From an uncultured Candidatus Entotheonella sp. (GTDB taxonomy: Bacteria; Tectomicrobia; Entotheonellia; Entotheonellales; Entotheonellaceae), in the NCBI GenBank assembly GCA_965217185.1, contig OZ244252.1:1248001-1312000 (forward strand): a stretch of 64,000 nt of DNA, written 5' to 3'. The translations under genes were made by a program, and so were the position numbers. Shown here piece by piece: positions 29,863-40,117 of the stretch. Under the pieces are notes generated by a model that was not told where the DNA came from, made no database searches, and was given only the letters and a program-made list of their open reading frames with translations. Positions within the stretch are counted from its first letter, which is position 1. Every line of letters begins with the position of its first letter.

Positions 29863-31581
29863 ATGAAACGCATGCTGTGGTTGTTCAGCGTAGTTGTGAT
29901 GGTTGTCGGGCTGTTGGTGGGTTCTTGCGGAGACAGTGATGGGGTCCATGAGACCTTGACCCTCTTGTTCTGGCAGGCCCCCTCCATCGCCAATCCCTAC
30001 CTGTCCGGGGGGAACAAAGACACCGAGGCCGCCGCGTTGGTGCTGGAGCCGCTGGCCAACTATGACGAGAACGGTGAGTTGGTTCCTCGCCTGGCGGCGT
30101 CCATTCCAACGGCGGAAAACGGTGGGGTTTCGGAGGATAGGACCACGATCACCTGGAAGCTGAAAGAGGGCATTCTGTGGTCTGACGGCACACCCTTTTC
30201 GGCAGCGGACGCCGTGTTCACTTACCGGTACTATTGCGCGCTTCCGGGAGGCAACTGTGAAAATGAACCCATCGAAGACGTGGCGGCGCTTGACGATCTG
30301 ACCCTGCAAATCACCTTCAGGGCTCCCCAATCGTATCCCTACAACAGCTTCGTTGGCGCTGGCGGCGTCATTCTTCAGAAAGCGCAGTTTGAAGACTGTC
30401 TCGGCGAAGCCGCCCGGCAGTGTGAGACGGAAAACTTGTACCCCATTGGTACGGGTCCCTACAAAATCGCTGATTTCCAAATCGACGCGGCGGGTGGGGC
30501 TTCCGACATCGTTTACGAAATCAACGGGCGTTTCCGCACGTCCGGCCAACCCTTCTTTTCCGAGGCGATCCTCAAGGGCGGTGGAAGCGCCATCGACGCG
30601 GCCCGGGCCGTCTTGGAAACAGGCAACGCCGACTACGCTTGGAACTTGCAAGTTGAGCCGGACGTCTTGCAGTCCCTGCAGGCATCGGGCAGAGGAACCT
30701 TGGTGGCCGCTTTCGCTTCAAACGTTGAGCGGCTGTTGGTCAACTTCACCAATCCCGACCCTGATCTGGGAAACATACGCTCCGAGTGGTCGGCCGAGGA
30801 CCCCAATCCCCATCCATTCCTGAGCGAACTCGACGTGCGCCGTGCCTTGTCCCTGGCGATTAACCGCGACCATGTCGCGGAACAACTCTATGGCACCACG
30901 GGTGAGCCGACTTGTAACGTGGTCACGGCGCCTCTGCGGTATGTTTCACCCCATAACGATGCCTGTTTAGACCAGGATATCGCGGCGGCGAAGTCCCAGC
31001 TCGACGCCGCTGGCTGGCTGCCTGGTCCCGATGGCATCCGCCAGAAAAACGGCGTCCGACTGAGCATTCTCTACCAGACCTCCACCAACTCGGTCCGCCA
31101 GAAGACGCAAGAGTTGATTCAGGAGTGGTGGCAAGAGCTTGGCGTGGAGACGGAATTGAAGGACATCGATGCGGGCGATTTCTTTGGGGGCGACCCCGAT
31201 AATCCAGACACCGTAGGCAGGTTCTACGCCGACATTCAAATGTATACCAGTGGGCCTGGGATCGACCCGCAGGGTTACCTGAGAAGCTGGCGCACGAGCG
31301 AGATTGCGAGCGCTGAGAACGACTGGGAGGGCGCCAATGTGCCCCGCTGGTTCAGCTTGGAGTATGACGCCGCCTACGAGGAACTGGAAGGCGCCCCTCT
31401 TGGGTCAGAGCGCGTGGACTTGATTATCGAGTTGAACGACCTGTTGGTGCAGAACTACGTCCTGATTCCCCTGGTCAACCGCGCCACCGTCTCGTCGGCT
31501 GTCAGCAATGACCTCAAAGGGGTTCGACTCAACGCCTGGGATGCCGAATTGTGGAATATCCACGAATGGTATCGGGAGTGA
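29863..31581 (+). CDS. Peptide/nickel ABC transporter substrate-binding lipoprotein (family 5), orphan
   Basis: Lipobox-like VGSC; NPYLSGG, LEPLA, WSDGTPFSAAD, IGTGPYK, VRRALSLAINR; no permease adjacent. Confidence 0.9.
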   Translation: MKRMLWLFSVVVMVVGLLVGSCGDSDGVHETLTLLFWQAPSIANPYLSGGNKDTEAAALVLEPLANYDENGELVPRLAASIPTAENGGVSEDRTTITWKLKEGILWSDGTPFSAADAVFTYRYYCALPGGNCENEPIEDVAALDDLTLQITFRAPQSYPYNSFVGAGGVILQKAQFEDCLGEAARQCETENLYPIGTGPYKIADFQIDAAGGASDIVYEINGRFRTSGQPFFSEAILKGGGSAIDAARAVLETGNADYAWNLQVEPDVLQSLQASGRGTLVAAFASNVERLLVNFTNPDPDLGNIRSEWSAEDPNPHPFLSELDVRRALSLAINRDHVAEQLYGTTGEPTCNVVTAPLRYVSPHNDACLDQDIAAAKSQLDAAGWLPGPDGIRQKNGVRLSILYQTSTNSVRQKTQELIQEWWQELGVETELKDIDAGDFFGGDPDNPDTVGRFYADIQMYTSGPGIDPQGYLRSWRTSEIASAENDWEGANVPRWFSLEYDAAYEELEGAPLGSERVDLIIELNDLLVQNYVLIPLVNRATVSSAVSNDLKGVRLNAWDAELWNIHEWYRE

Positions 31582-31615
31582 TTCACCGTTAAGCCCGACG
31601 GAAACATCGCCCTGT

Positions 31616-33265
31616 TCAGAACTCCCCTGCCCCAAACAGGTCCGTCACGGTGCCGTCCACGTGCAGGATGCCTAGCGTCTGGATGACGGCAGGCGCGATT
31701 GCCGCGTTCCGGGCCGCGTCTTGGCCGGCGCACAGTCGCTCCAGCAGTGCGGCCACCGACGTGCGGCCATCGATCAGCGACACGACCTGCGCCGCCAACG
31801 GACTGCACGGCGTGCCTTCCGGGTAGCCGTCCGTTATCAGCACGTGGCCCCACACGAATTCTCCCGCGCCGAGAACGGGTTTTCTCTTGACGGCTACGCC
31901 GGCGACGAGGCGGGGAACCGCTGCCAGGAGTGTCTCGGATGCTTCAGGCTTTGTTAGTTGCGCCCGGCGTGCGGCGCGGGCTGATTCCACGGCGCGGACA
32001 TTGTGGGCGAACGGCTCCGGCGCTGCGCCGCGCTCCAGCACCACGCGCTCATAGCCGCGCGGCGATTGTCCGGCAACCGCGTGGATGAAGGCGTGGCGCG
32101 GTGATAACGATTCCTGATTGCCCACCAGCCGCCGCGCCTCCCAGAAATACGACTCCGCCGTGCGATTGCTGCTGTAGAAGAGTTGGGCCATGGTGCGGAA
32201 GTGGTTGTATTCCTTGCCATACAACTCGGCATAGACCTTCCCCGCCGCCTCGGCCATGCCAGGGTCTTTGAGGGCGGTGCTCACGTATGCCGCGGCGAGC
32301 ACGCCGGACATCAGCGCCAAGTGCACGCCGGACGAAAACAGCGGGTCCACGAAGCACGCCGCATCGCCGACCAGGATGTAGCCGTCTCCCACCAGCCGTT
32401 CCGAGGTGTAGGACCAGTCCTTGACTACTTGTGGCCCGGAAACCAGTTGAGCGTCCCGCAGCATGCGGGCCGTGACCGGCGCCTCCGCCATCCCTCGCAG
32501 GAAAACCTCCTGCACGTCACCCTTCGACAAATGTTCCTGACCGCTATGGCTGTCAAGTACCGTGCCGACGCTCGTCCATCCGGTGTGTAAGGGGATCATC
32601 CATGACCAACCGTTCGGGTGCGCCTCAATGAAGATATTCGTCTCGTCAGGGGCCGGCAGGCGGTCGGCGCCGGTCACGTAGCCGTACACCGCCAAGTTGC
32701 GGAAGAACGGATCCCAGCGCCGCAGTTGCAGTCGGCGCCCCAGCAGCGCAGCTTGGCCGCTGGCATCGACCACAAAGCGGGCACGGACGGTGCCGTCCTG
32801 TCCGGCGTCGCTGCGATAGCGCACGCCGCAAGCCCGGCCCTCCTCGTACAAGACCTCGACGACCTGATGGCCCTCGCGTACCTCAACGCCGCACGCACGG
32901 CTGTTTTCCAGGAGCAATTGATCGAAGACGGGCCGCCACACCTGGTAGGCGTGCGGGTTGTTCGGGTTGGTCTCGCGGAAGTACCAGCTCCAGGGCTTGT
33001 CGTCCTTGCCCCAGACCATGGTGGCGCCCCATTTGGGGAGGAATCCTGCCGCTTGCACGGCAGGCAGGACGCCCAGTTCGTCCAGGACGGGTAGGCTGGC
33101 AGGAAGAAGGGATTCGCCGACGTGGTGACGCGGAAAACGCTCGCGTTCAAGAAGCAGAACGCGCCAGCCTTTGCGGGCCAGCATGGCGGCGGCGGTGCTA
33201 CCGCCCGGGCCGCCGCCGATGACCACCACGTCGGCGTCGAAGTTAGGTTGATGAGGGGTTGTCAT
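31616..33265 (-). CDS. Flavin-dependent halogenase with C-terminal winged-helix-like domain
   Basis: GGGPGG, FPRHHVGESL, catalytic Lys in GFLPKWG, WSWMIP (WxWxIP), GDAACFVDPLFSSGV; start at ATG 33265. Confidence 0.85.
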   Translation of the reverse strand: MTTPHQPNFDADVVVIGGGPGGSTAAAMLARKGWRVLLLERERFPRHHVGESLLPASLPVLDELGVLPAVQAAGFLPKWGATMVWGKDDKPWSWYFRETNPNNPHAYQVWRPVFDQLLLENSRACGVEVREGHQVVEVLYEEGRACGVRYRSDAGQDGTVRARFVVDASGQAALLGRRLQLRRWDPFFRNLAVYGYVTGADRLPAPDETNIFIEAHPNGWSWMIPLHTGWTSVGTVLDSHSGQEHLSKGDVQEVFLRGMAEAPVTARMLRDAQLVSGPQVVKDWSYTSERLVGDGYILVGDAACFVDPLFSSGVHLALMSGVLAAAYVSTALKDPGMAEAAGKVYAELYGKEYNHFRTMAQLFYSSNRTAESYFWEARRLVGNQESLSPRHAFIHAVAGQSPRGYERVVLERGAAPEPFAHNVRAVESARAARRAQLTKPEASETLLAAVPRLVAGVAVKRKPVLGAGEFVWGHVLITDGYPEGTPCSPLAAQVVSLIDGRTSVAALLERLCAGQDAARNAAIAPAVIQTLGILHVDGTVTDLFGAGEF

Positions 33266-33281
33266 ACCCAGCGCGCCGAGA

Positions 33282-34586
33282 TCAATCGGCGACGTGCTCG
33301 GCAGTGCCCGGGGCGGCTTCGGCATGCGGGCCGTCGGCGGCGTCATCATTCGCCGCGAACGGCTGACCGGTCGCCGGATCGACCTCGAAGGGGCCGGGCA
33401 ATTCCAGTTCCTCAGCGATTTCCTTGACCGCGGGGATGACTTCCTGGCCCATCAGCCGCAAGCTGCGCATGGCGTCGTCGTGGTTCATGGCGCCGTCGCC
33501 GTCCCAGAAGAAAATGCTGCCGGGGCGCAGGTATTCCAGCACGTGGCGGATTTTGGGGATGACGGTCTTAGGGGTGCCGGAAATCACCGTGTAATCCTCT
33601 ATCTGCTGCTCATACGGCCGCCCCAAGGCACTGGCGAGGCCCCCGCGCGCCCGCGTCGCTACGGTTTGTGTCGGCAGTACGCGCTTGCGGGACGTGAGGC
33701 CCGGCAGGTTGAGCAGCGCCGGGTTCACGGTTCCCTCATTGCCGGCCAGGAACGGGTTGCTCGGCCCCTGCACGAACTTGCGGCCGGTCTTATCCGCCAG
33801 TTCTTCGGTCTCGTCCACGTGCACCTTCCACAGGTAGCCGATGTTTTGCGGGCCGGACTGATAGCCCTCCTCGGCCGCGGTGTCGTGGTAGAGCTGGAAC
33901 GCCCGCCGGGTGGGTTCGAGCTCGGTGGCCAGCATGATGTAGGGAATGCGTTGCTTGGCGGCCCACATGAGCGAATCGCGGCTCACCACGCCGGGCAGCC
34001 AGATTGGCGGGTGGGGCTTCTGGTAGGGCTTCACCCACGGGTTGACGTGGCGGTAATGAAAATGCTTGCCCTCCCAGCGGAACGGGCCGGAGGTGGTCCA
34101 CGCCTTGACGATGAAATCGTGCGCTTCCTGAAAGCGCTCCCAGTTGTAGTGCGGCGGGATGTTGTGCGACACGCTCTCCCGCCCGGTGCCGCGCACCCAG
34201 CCGGAGACCAGGCGGCCGTGCGAGATCATGTCGATCATGGCGAGCTGTTCCACCAGCCACATCGGGTCGTCCCACAGCGGCAGGATGTTGCCCAGCAGGA
34301 CGATCTTGGCGCGGCTGGTCATGCGCGCCAAGATGGAGGCTTCTACGTTCATGGCGCCGCCCATACAGAACGGCGTGCCGTGGTGTTCGTTGAGCATCAG
34401 GCCGTCGAAGCCCATCTCCTCGGCGTAGGTTTTCTCGTCGAGGTAGCGATTGTAAAGGTGGGCTCCCAGCTTGGGGTCATAGATGTTGTTGCTGACCGTG
34501 AGGTCCATGATGGGCTTGCCGGTGGCACCGAAATAGCCGGAGTCCGGGTCCTGGTAGGGCCGCTCGGTGAAATACCCGATAAACAT
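33282..34586 (-). CDS. Luciferase-like (LLM class) flavin monooxygenase
   Basis: AEEMGFDGLMLNEHH, SHGRLVSGWVRG, PYQKPHPPIW. Confidence 0.92.
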   Translation of the reverse strand: MFIGYFTERPYQDPDSGYFGATGKPIMDLTVSNNIYDPKLGAHLYNRYLDEKTYAEEMGFDGLMLNEHHGTPFCMGGAMNVEASILARMTSRAKIVLLGNILPLWDDPMWLVEQLAMIDMISHGRLVSGWVRGTGRESVSHNIPPHYNWERFQEAHDFIVKAWTTSGPFRWEGKHFHYRHVNPWVKPYQKPHPPIWLPGVVSRDSLMWAAKQRIPYIMLATELEPTRRAFQLYHDTAAEEGYQSGPQNIGYLWKVHVDETEELADKTGRKFVQGPSNPFLAGNEGTVNPALLNLPGLTSRKRVLPTQTVATRARGGLASALGRPYEQQIEDYTVISGTPKTVIPKIRHVLEYLRPGSIFFWDGDGAMNHDDAMRSLRLMGQEVIPAVKEIAEELELPGPFEVDPATGQPFAANDDAADGPHAEAAPGTAEHVAD

Positions 34587-34664
34587 CGGTGGTTCTCCCT
34601 GTGGTTGCGGAACGGTTGAAAAGGGCGGCTGCCGCAGGATGGGCGGCGGGCCATGCGGGGGGCA

Positions 34665-36035
34665 TTATAGCACTGCTGCTTCCTGGCTCTGTTGAGCCAT
34701 GGCGCCGATGCTGCGGCGCCGCACGACGCGGACCTTGAACGACTTGCTGGGACTGGGGAACGGAATCTGGGCGATCTTCAAGGTGTAATCAGATGGGACG
34801 AGCTCAAGCTCGACCTCGTGCAGGATGGTCGCCATCGTCACCGCAATCTGCACCTCGGCGAAGCCGCTGCCCAGGCAGCGATGCGTGCCCAGACCGAAGG
34901 GCGCATAGGCCTCGGGTTGCCGGTGCTCGGCGCGTTCCGGGGTATAGCGGTCGATGTCGAACCGATCTGGCTCTGGGAAGTGGTCGGGCAAGTAGTGGGG
35001 CACCGTGGTCGCGATCATCACGTTTTCGCCGGCGGGAATGCGGTAACCGCCGAACTCGAAGGAATTGGTTACCGTGCGTACCAGCAGCGGTGCAACGGGA
35101 TACATCCGCATCGTTTCCATGGCGGCGCGGTGCGTCGCATCCAGGCCGCGGAGACCTTCCCGCGTCGGCGTCCCGTCGGCGAAAAGTCTGTCCGCCTCGG
35201 ACTGCACCTGAGCCAGCAATTCGGGGTGCTTCAGTAAGGCATAGAGCATGAACGAGCAGGTGCCCGTCACCGTGTGGAGCGCGACGATGAAAGGCTCGAG
35301 CGCGTTCACCTTCAAATCCGCTTCGGGGAGGAATTGGGGGTCCGACTCGTGCAAATTCAGAATGTCGTCGATCAGGTCCCGGTTGTCGCCGTCGCGATTC
35401 CGCTTCTCTCCTGTGTGTTGTGCCATGACCTTGAGGTACAACTCGTCCAACCGCTCGGACGCGCGTCGAAACCGTCGAGACCAGAGGGCTGGACGGGCGA
35501 TGAACCGGCTTGTTTGAAGCACGTAGACGAAATAGTCCAGATCGTCGATATAGGGGTGGGGTGAGACACCGCCGACCAGCGTCCCGACTTGCTTGCCGGC
35601 GATGCGCTGCAGAGCGGGGACGACCGGCCAGGGCGTATTGAGCGGCCACTTCGCCATCTCCTGTCGGGCGATGGCGGCGAGGTCGGAGACGCGGTCCGCC
35701 GCGTACTGCCTGGAATACCCCCGCTTCAGCGTCCTGCGCAGCGTTGCATGCTCGGCACCGTCACTGCTGATCACCGAGCGCGCCGCGCCGTACCGGTTGA
35801 CGATGCTGTTCCAGAATTCAAAGGAGCGGAAATGATATGCGCCCTCGCGCATCAGGAACCGATTTGCTTCCACGCCGGCCAGCACCGTGAATCGCCGGTG
35901 CAGCATGCGGATGCCGAAGACCGGCCCCAGCTCTATATACTGCGACGTGAGAAACCCGCGGATGTCTCTTGCCATGCTCAGGGCGTTGCCGATGAACGGC
36001 AGGCCTCGCGCGACGGGTGGCGCCGAAGAAGCCAT
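34665..36035 (-). CDS. Cytochrome P450
   Basis: ETMR (ExxR), PDRF, heme motif FGLGTHRCLG. Confidence 0.95.
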   Translation of the reverse strand: MASSAPPVARGLPFIGNALSMARDIRGFLTSQYIELGPVFGIRMLHRRFTVLAGVEANRFLMREGAYHFRSFEFWNSIVNRYGAARSVISSDGAEHATLRRTLKRGYSRQYAADRVSDLAAIARQEMAKWPLNTPWPVVPALQRIAGKQVGTLVGGVSPHPYIDDLDYFVYVLQTSRFIARPALWSRRFRRASERLDELYLKVMAQHTGEKRNRDGDNRDLIDDILNLHESDPQFLPEADLKVNALEPFIVALHTVTGTCSFMLYALLKHPELLAQVQSEADRLFADGTPTREGLRGLDATHRAAMETMRMYPVAPLLVRTVTNSFEFGGYRIPAGENVMIATTVPHYLPDHFPEPDRFDIDRYTPERAEHRQPEAYAPFGLGTHRCLGSGFAEVQIAVTMATILHEVELELVPSDYTLKIAQIPFPSPSKSFKVRVVRRRSIGAMAQQSQEAAVL

Positions 36036-36228
36036 CCTTTTCTCCTTCCCTCCCTCACGAGCGGGAAACCGACATGCTTCCTATTGGACGCATTATAAGG
36101 CACCTTCGACGCTTGTTCCCAGCGATGGGTTGGCGCCGCGGAGCATTTGACCGCATGCTTCCGAGGTGTGACAATGCCGCCTTCACCCAACTGGTCACGG
36201 CTTATTTGAGGAGCGAGGACAACCCACC

Positions 36229-37032
36229 ATGACGACACTTTCGGCGCCCTGGACGGCGGACATGATCGAGGCCGCGGGCCTCAAGATCGAGCTTGTAAAA
36301 GGCGGCAGCGGGCCGCCCCTGCTGGTGCTGCACGACGAGTTGGGGCATCCCGGCTGGCTGCGCTATCACGACGCCCTGGCTCGGCACTACACTCTGCATC
36401 TGCCGTCGCATCCCGGCTTCGGGCAGTCCGATCGTCCGGACTGGATCCTGAGCATGCGGGATCTGGCCTGCTGGTACCTCGACGCCTTGGACGAACTGGG
36501 CTTGCAGCAGGTGTCGGTCATCGGCGTTGGGCTGGGCGGCTGGTTGGCGGCGGAGATGGCGACCATGTGCCCGCAGCAGTTCGGTAAGCTGGTCCTGGTG
36601 GGTGCGCCGGGCATCAAGCCGCCGCGCGGTGATATTTACGACGTGTTCCTGGTGATCGCCAGGGACTATTTGGCCGCCAACTTCCACGACGCCGCGAACT
36701 GTGCGGAGTACCAGGAATTGTACGGCGCCGACCCGACGCCCGAGCAGGTGGAGAACTGGGAAGTGGCGCGTGAGATGGCCAGCCGGCTGAGTTGGCGGCC
36801 CTTCATGCACTCACCGAGCCTGCCGTATCTGCTGCGTCGGCTGCGCGGGCTCCCTACCCTTCTGGCCTGGGGCAAGCAGGACGCCATCGTGCCGTTGAGC
36901 GCTGCGGAGGTGTACCAGGCGTCGATTCCGGGCGCGGAGTTGGCGGTTTTCGATTCATGCGGCCATCACCCCGAAATCGAGCAGGCCGACGCCTTTGTGG
37001 AGCGGGTTGTGGCTTTTCTGGGTGAGGCCTGA
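36229..37032 (+). CDS. Alpha/beta hydrolase-fold protein lacking the nucleophile Ser
   Basis: GSGPPLLVLH, HPGFGQS, GVGLGG at the nucleophile elbow, WGKQD, CGHHPEIE. Confidence 0.88.
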   Translation: MTTLSAPWTADMIEAAGLKIELVKGGSGPPLLVLHDELGHPGWLRYHDALARHYTLHLPSHPGFGQSDRPDWILSMRDLACWYLDALDELGLQQVSVIGVGLGGWLAAEMATMCPQQFGKLVLVGAPGIKPPRGDIYDVFLVIARDYLAANFHDAANCAEYQELYGADPTPEQVENWEVAREMASRLSWRPFMHSPSLPYLLRRLRGLPTLLAWGKQDAIVPLSAAEVYQASIPGAELAVFDSCGHHPEIEQADAFVERVVAFLGEA

Positions 37033-38012
37033 TGCCGAACGTCCTGCTCACCGCGCGGTATTTTGCCGTCGATCCCGAACCCCTCGATTTGTTGCGCCGT
37101 AACGGCTGCGTCATCACCCACCCGGACATTGATTGGACTCTGGGCGACGGCAACGTGTCGCAAGCCCGCGCCATTGAGCTTCTGCACGACGCCGATGGGG
37201 CGATTATTTCATCCATGCCGATTACCGCGGCGGTGCTTGACGAGGTGCCGCGGCTCAAAGTCATCGCCCTGCGCGGCGTGGGCTACGACTCGGTTGACGT
37301 GGCCGCAGCCACGGCGCGCGGCATTCCGGTGGCGGTGGCGCCGGGGTTCACCGACAGCGTCGCCGATTACGTGTTTGGCTTGCTGCTGGCAGTGGCACGC
37401 CAAGTGGCGCAGGCGGATCGCGTGGTGCGCGGCGGGCATTGGGAAGTGTTGGTCAGCACCAACATCGCCGGCAAAACGCTGGGCATTATCGGGCTAGGGC
37501 GTATCGGCAAGGCGGTGGCACGGCGCGCGCGAGGCTTCGACATGCCGATTCTCGCCACCGATGTCGTGCAGGACGAGGCTTTTGCGGCGTCGCACGGGGT
37601 GCGGTACGCGACGCTGGAGGAGTTGCTGCGGCAGGCAGACATTGTGTCGATCAACGCCCCATTGCAGGGCGACACCCGTCATCTCATCGACGCAAAGGCG
37701 CTCGCTTCAATGAAGCCGACGGCCTATTTGATCAACACGGCGCGCGGTGATCTGGTCGACGAAGCCGCTTTGGCGGAGGCGTTGCATGCCGGGCGCCTAG
37801 CCGGCGCCGGCCTCGACGTGTTTCACGACGAACCGTTGCAGGACAGTCCGTTGCGCGGCATCGACAATGTTGTGCTGTCCCCCCACCTTGCCGCCTACAG
37901 CCGCGAGGGCCTACGCGAAACCGGCGTTCTGGCGGCCCGCGCCGTGCTTGCCGTTCTGGCGGGAGATCACCCCGATGCCACGCAGTGGGTGAATCCCGGG
38001 GCGGCCGGGTAG
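37032..38012 (+). CDS. D-2-hydroxyacid (phosphoglycerate-type) dehydrogenase
   Basis: GVGYDSVD, GLGRIG, INTARG, GLDVFHDEP, SPHLA. Confidence 0.93.
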   Translation: MPNVLLTARYFAVDPEPLDLLRRNGCVITHPDIDWTLGDGNVSQARAIELLHDADGAIISSMPITAAVLDEVPRLKVIALRGVGYDSVDVAAATARGIPVAVAPGFTDSVADYVFGLLLAVARQVAQADRVVRGGHWEVLVSTNIAGKTLGIIGLGRIGKAVARRARGFDMPILATDVVQDEAFAASHGVRYATLEELLRQADIVSINAPLQGDTRHLIDAKALASMKPTAYLINTARGDLVDEAALAEALHAGRLAGAGLDVFHDEPLQDSPLRGIDNVVLSPHLAAYSREGLRETGVLAARAVLAVLAGDHPDATQWVNPGAAG

Positions 38013-38032
38013 CGCCGTCTGACCCGCGACTG

Positions 38033-39655
38033 TCACCGCACCGTGATCATGCCGGGTTCGTATCGTTCGTACGGTTCCAATCCCATCAGTTGAATCACCG
38101 TATTGGCGACGTTCGCCAGCGTGTGGACCTGCCCTTGCCGCAGCCGGTAGTGATCGCCCCCAGCCGGATCGTACAGGTAGAACGGCACCGGGCTCAGGCT
38201 GTGTGAGGTCTTGGGCGGCAGCGCGGCGTCGAGAGCTTGCCAGTCAGCCGCTTGGCTGGGTTCGACGTCGAACATCTCGTCGCAGTTGCCGTGGTCGGCG
38301 GTGATGAGCAGAACGGTGTTGCTCGAATCGGCCGCCCGGATTAGCCTGCCCAGCATCACGTCGAGGGTCGATACGGCCACGACCGTCGCCGGCAAATCCC
38401 CCGTGTGCCCTACCATATCCCCATTCGCCAAGTTGATACGGCCAACGTCGAAGCTGCCGCTGCGCATGCGCGCCACGGTGGCGTCGGTGATTTCCGCGGC
38501 TTTCATCCAGGGCCGTTGATCGAAGCTGATGCCAGCGTCCGATGGGATTTCGAGGTATTCCTCCAAGGTGCGGTCGACGTAGCCGGACCTGTTGCCGTTC
38601 CAGAAGTAGGTCACGTGCCCGAACTTCTGCGTTTCGCTGCAGGCGAATTGCCGCAACTTGCGGCTGACGAAAAACTCGCTCAGGGTGTGGTCGATCTCTG
38701 GCGGCGCCACCAGGTAATGTTCGGGGATGGCGAGATCGCCATCGTACAACATCATACCGGCGTAGAAGGTGCTGGGACGATGAATGCGGTCAAAATACGG
38801 AAACTCCGCATCACAAAAGGCCCTTGATATCTCAATGGCGCGGTCGCCGCGGAAGTTGAAAAAGACAACGCCGTCGCCGTCGTGAATCGGCCCGACGGGT
38901 TGGCGGCCCTCGTCGGTGATGACGAACTCAGGCAGATACTGGTCGCCCACGTCGGTGTCCTTGCGGAAGGTTTGCAGGGCCACGGTGAGTGACGGGAAGC
39001 CCTGCCCTTCGCCCAGCACGTGCACCCGCCAGCCGCGTTGCACCATGCCCCAATCAGCCTCGTAACGATCCATGGTGATGTGCATGCGGCCGCCGCCGGA
39101 TGCCGCCAGTACGTCGAAATCGGGGCTGCGCAACTCGGCCATGGTCCGTTCCAGGCGCTCTACGTAAATCTCGGCTGACTTTTCGCCGACGTCGCGGCCA
39201 TCGAGCAGCACGTGGACCCGAGCTCGCCGGATGCCGTCGGCCTTGGCCCGCGCCAGCATGGCGTAGAGGTGCTGTTCGTGTGCGTGCACGTTGCCGTCGG
39301 ACAGCAGCCCGAGGAAGTGCAGCGCTCCGTGGTGCGTGCCGACATAGGACAGCAGGTCTCGCCAAGTGCGGCCCGCAAAGATCCGTTCGGAAGCGATGGC
39401 TTCCCTGACCAATGTGGCGCCTTGCGGAAAGACGCGCCCGGCGCCGAGGGCGTTGTGGCCCACCTCGCTGTTGCCGATGTCGTCGTCGCTCGGCATGCCG
39501 ACGGCGGTGCCGTGGGCTTGCAGCGTGGTATACAGCCCGTGCCGTTTGAGCCAGTCCATGGCCGGCGTCCAGGCAAGCTGCACGGCGTTGCCGAAGCGCT
39601 CCTCGCGCGCTCCGACTCCATCCATGACCACAATTAAAACCCGTCTAGTGCTCAC
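38033..39655 (-). CDS. gpmI: 2,3-bisphosphoglycerate-independent phosphoglycerate mutase
   Basis: DGVG, GNSEVGH, LDGRD, MDRY, FNFRGDR, SETQKFGHVT, DMVGHTG, TADHGN. Confidence 0.96.
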   Translation of the reverse strand: MSTRRVLIVVMDGVGAREERFGNAVQLAWTPAMDWLKRHGLYTTLQAHGTAVGMPSDDDIGNSEVGHNALGAGRVFPQGATLVREAIASERIFAGRTWRDLLSYVGTHHGALHFLGLLSDGNVHAHEQHLYAMLARAKADGIRRARVHVLLDGRDVGEKSAEIYVERLERTMAELRSPDFDVLAASGGGRMHITMDRYEADWGMVQRGWRVHVLGEGQGFPSLTVALQTFRKDTDVGDQYLPEFVITDEGRQPVGPIHDGDGVVFFNFRGDRAIEISRAFCDAEFPYFDRIHRPSTFYAGMMLYDGDLAIPEHYLVAPPEIDHTLSEFFVSRKLRQFACSETQKFGHVTYFWNGNRSGYVDRTLEEYLEIPSDAGISFDQRPWMKAAEITDATVARMRSGSFDVGRINLANGDMVGHTGDLPATVVAVSTLDVMLGRLIRAADSSNTVLLITADHGNCDEMFDVEPSQAADWQALDAALPPKTSHSLSPVPFYLYDPAGGDHYRLRQGQVHTLANVANTVIQLMGLEPYERYEPGMITVR

Positions 39656-39688
39656 GCGGTGTCCCTTCTTTGGAGGGCTTCATTGCAT

Positions 39689-40117
39689 CTATCGCACGGG
39701 GCAGTGGTAACCATCTTCCGATTCGCCCGGCGAGAAGTCTTCCAGCGCAGCCAACAACCCTTCCGCCACTACAACTGCCGTGCGCATCAACTGCACCGCG
39801 TTGTGGTCTCTTTTCTGATATCGGATGGGGCCGGCCAATTCGTAATCCGATATGTTTCGCATACGCGACAGTTGTCTCAGTAGTCTCCGTATGCGTTGTG
39901 TTGGGGAGGCACGAAGCGCGCTATAGCGATCAATGAGTTGGGCATGCCTGCTGCCTCGGCCTAATGGCTGAGCCCCGGGGTTCTCCCTGAAATAACGGCA
40001 GCAAGCCTCGTGATGCAGACCGTAGTAGAGCCGTCCGATGGCCGCGCGATGCTCGGCTTCCGTCCTACCCGAATTGGCAAGCCGTACCCCAAGCTGATAG
40101 AAATCCGAAGGTTTCAT
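39689..40117 (-). CDS. HEPN-domain protein (putative RNase toxin)
   Basis: RAAIGRLYYGLHH and RMRNISDY motifs typical of small HEPN proteins. Confidence 0.72.
   Translation of the reverse strand: MKPSDFYQLGVRLANSGRTEAEHRAAIGRLYYGLHHEACCRYFRENPGAQPLGRGSRHAQLIDRYSALRASPTQRIRRLLRQLSRMRNISDYELAGPIRYQKRDHNAVQLMRTAVVVAEGLLAALEDFSPGESEDGYHCPVR

Noticed and set aside
31582..36228. RiPP precursor peptide for the halogenase
   Set aside because: Intergenic gaps are short and hold no ORF with leader/core features.
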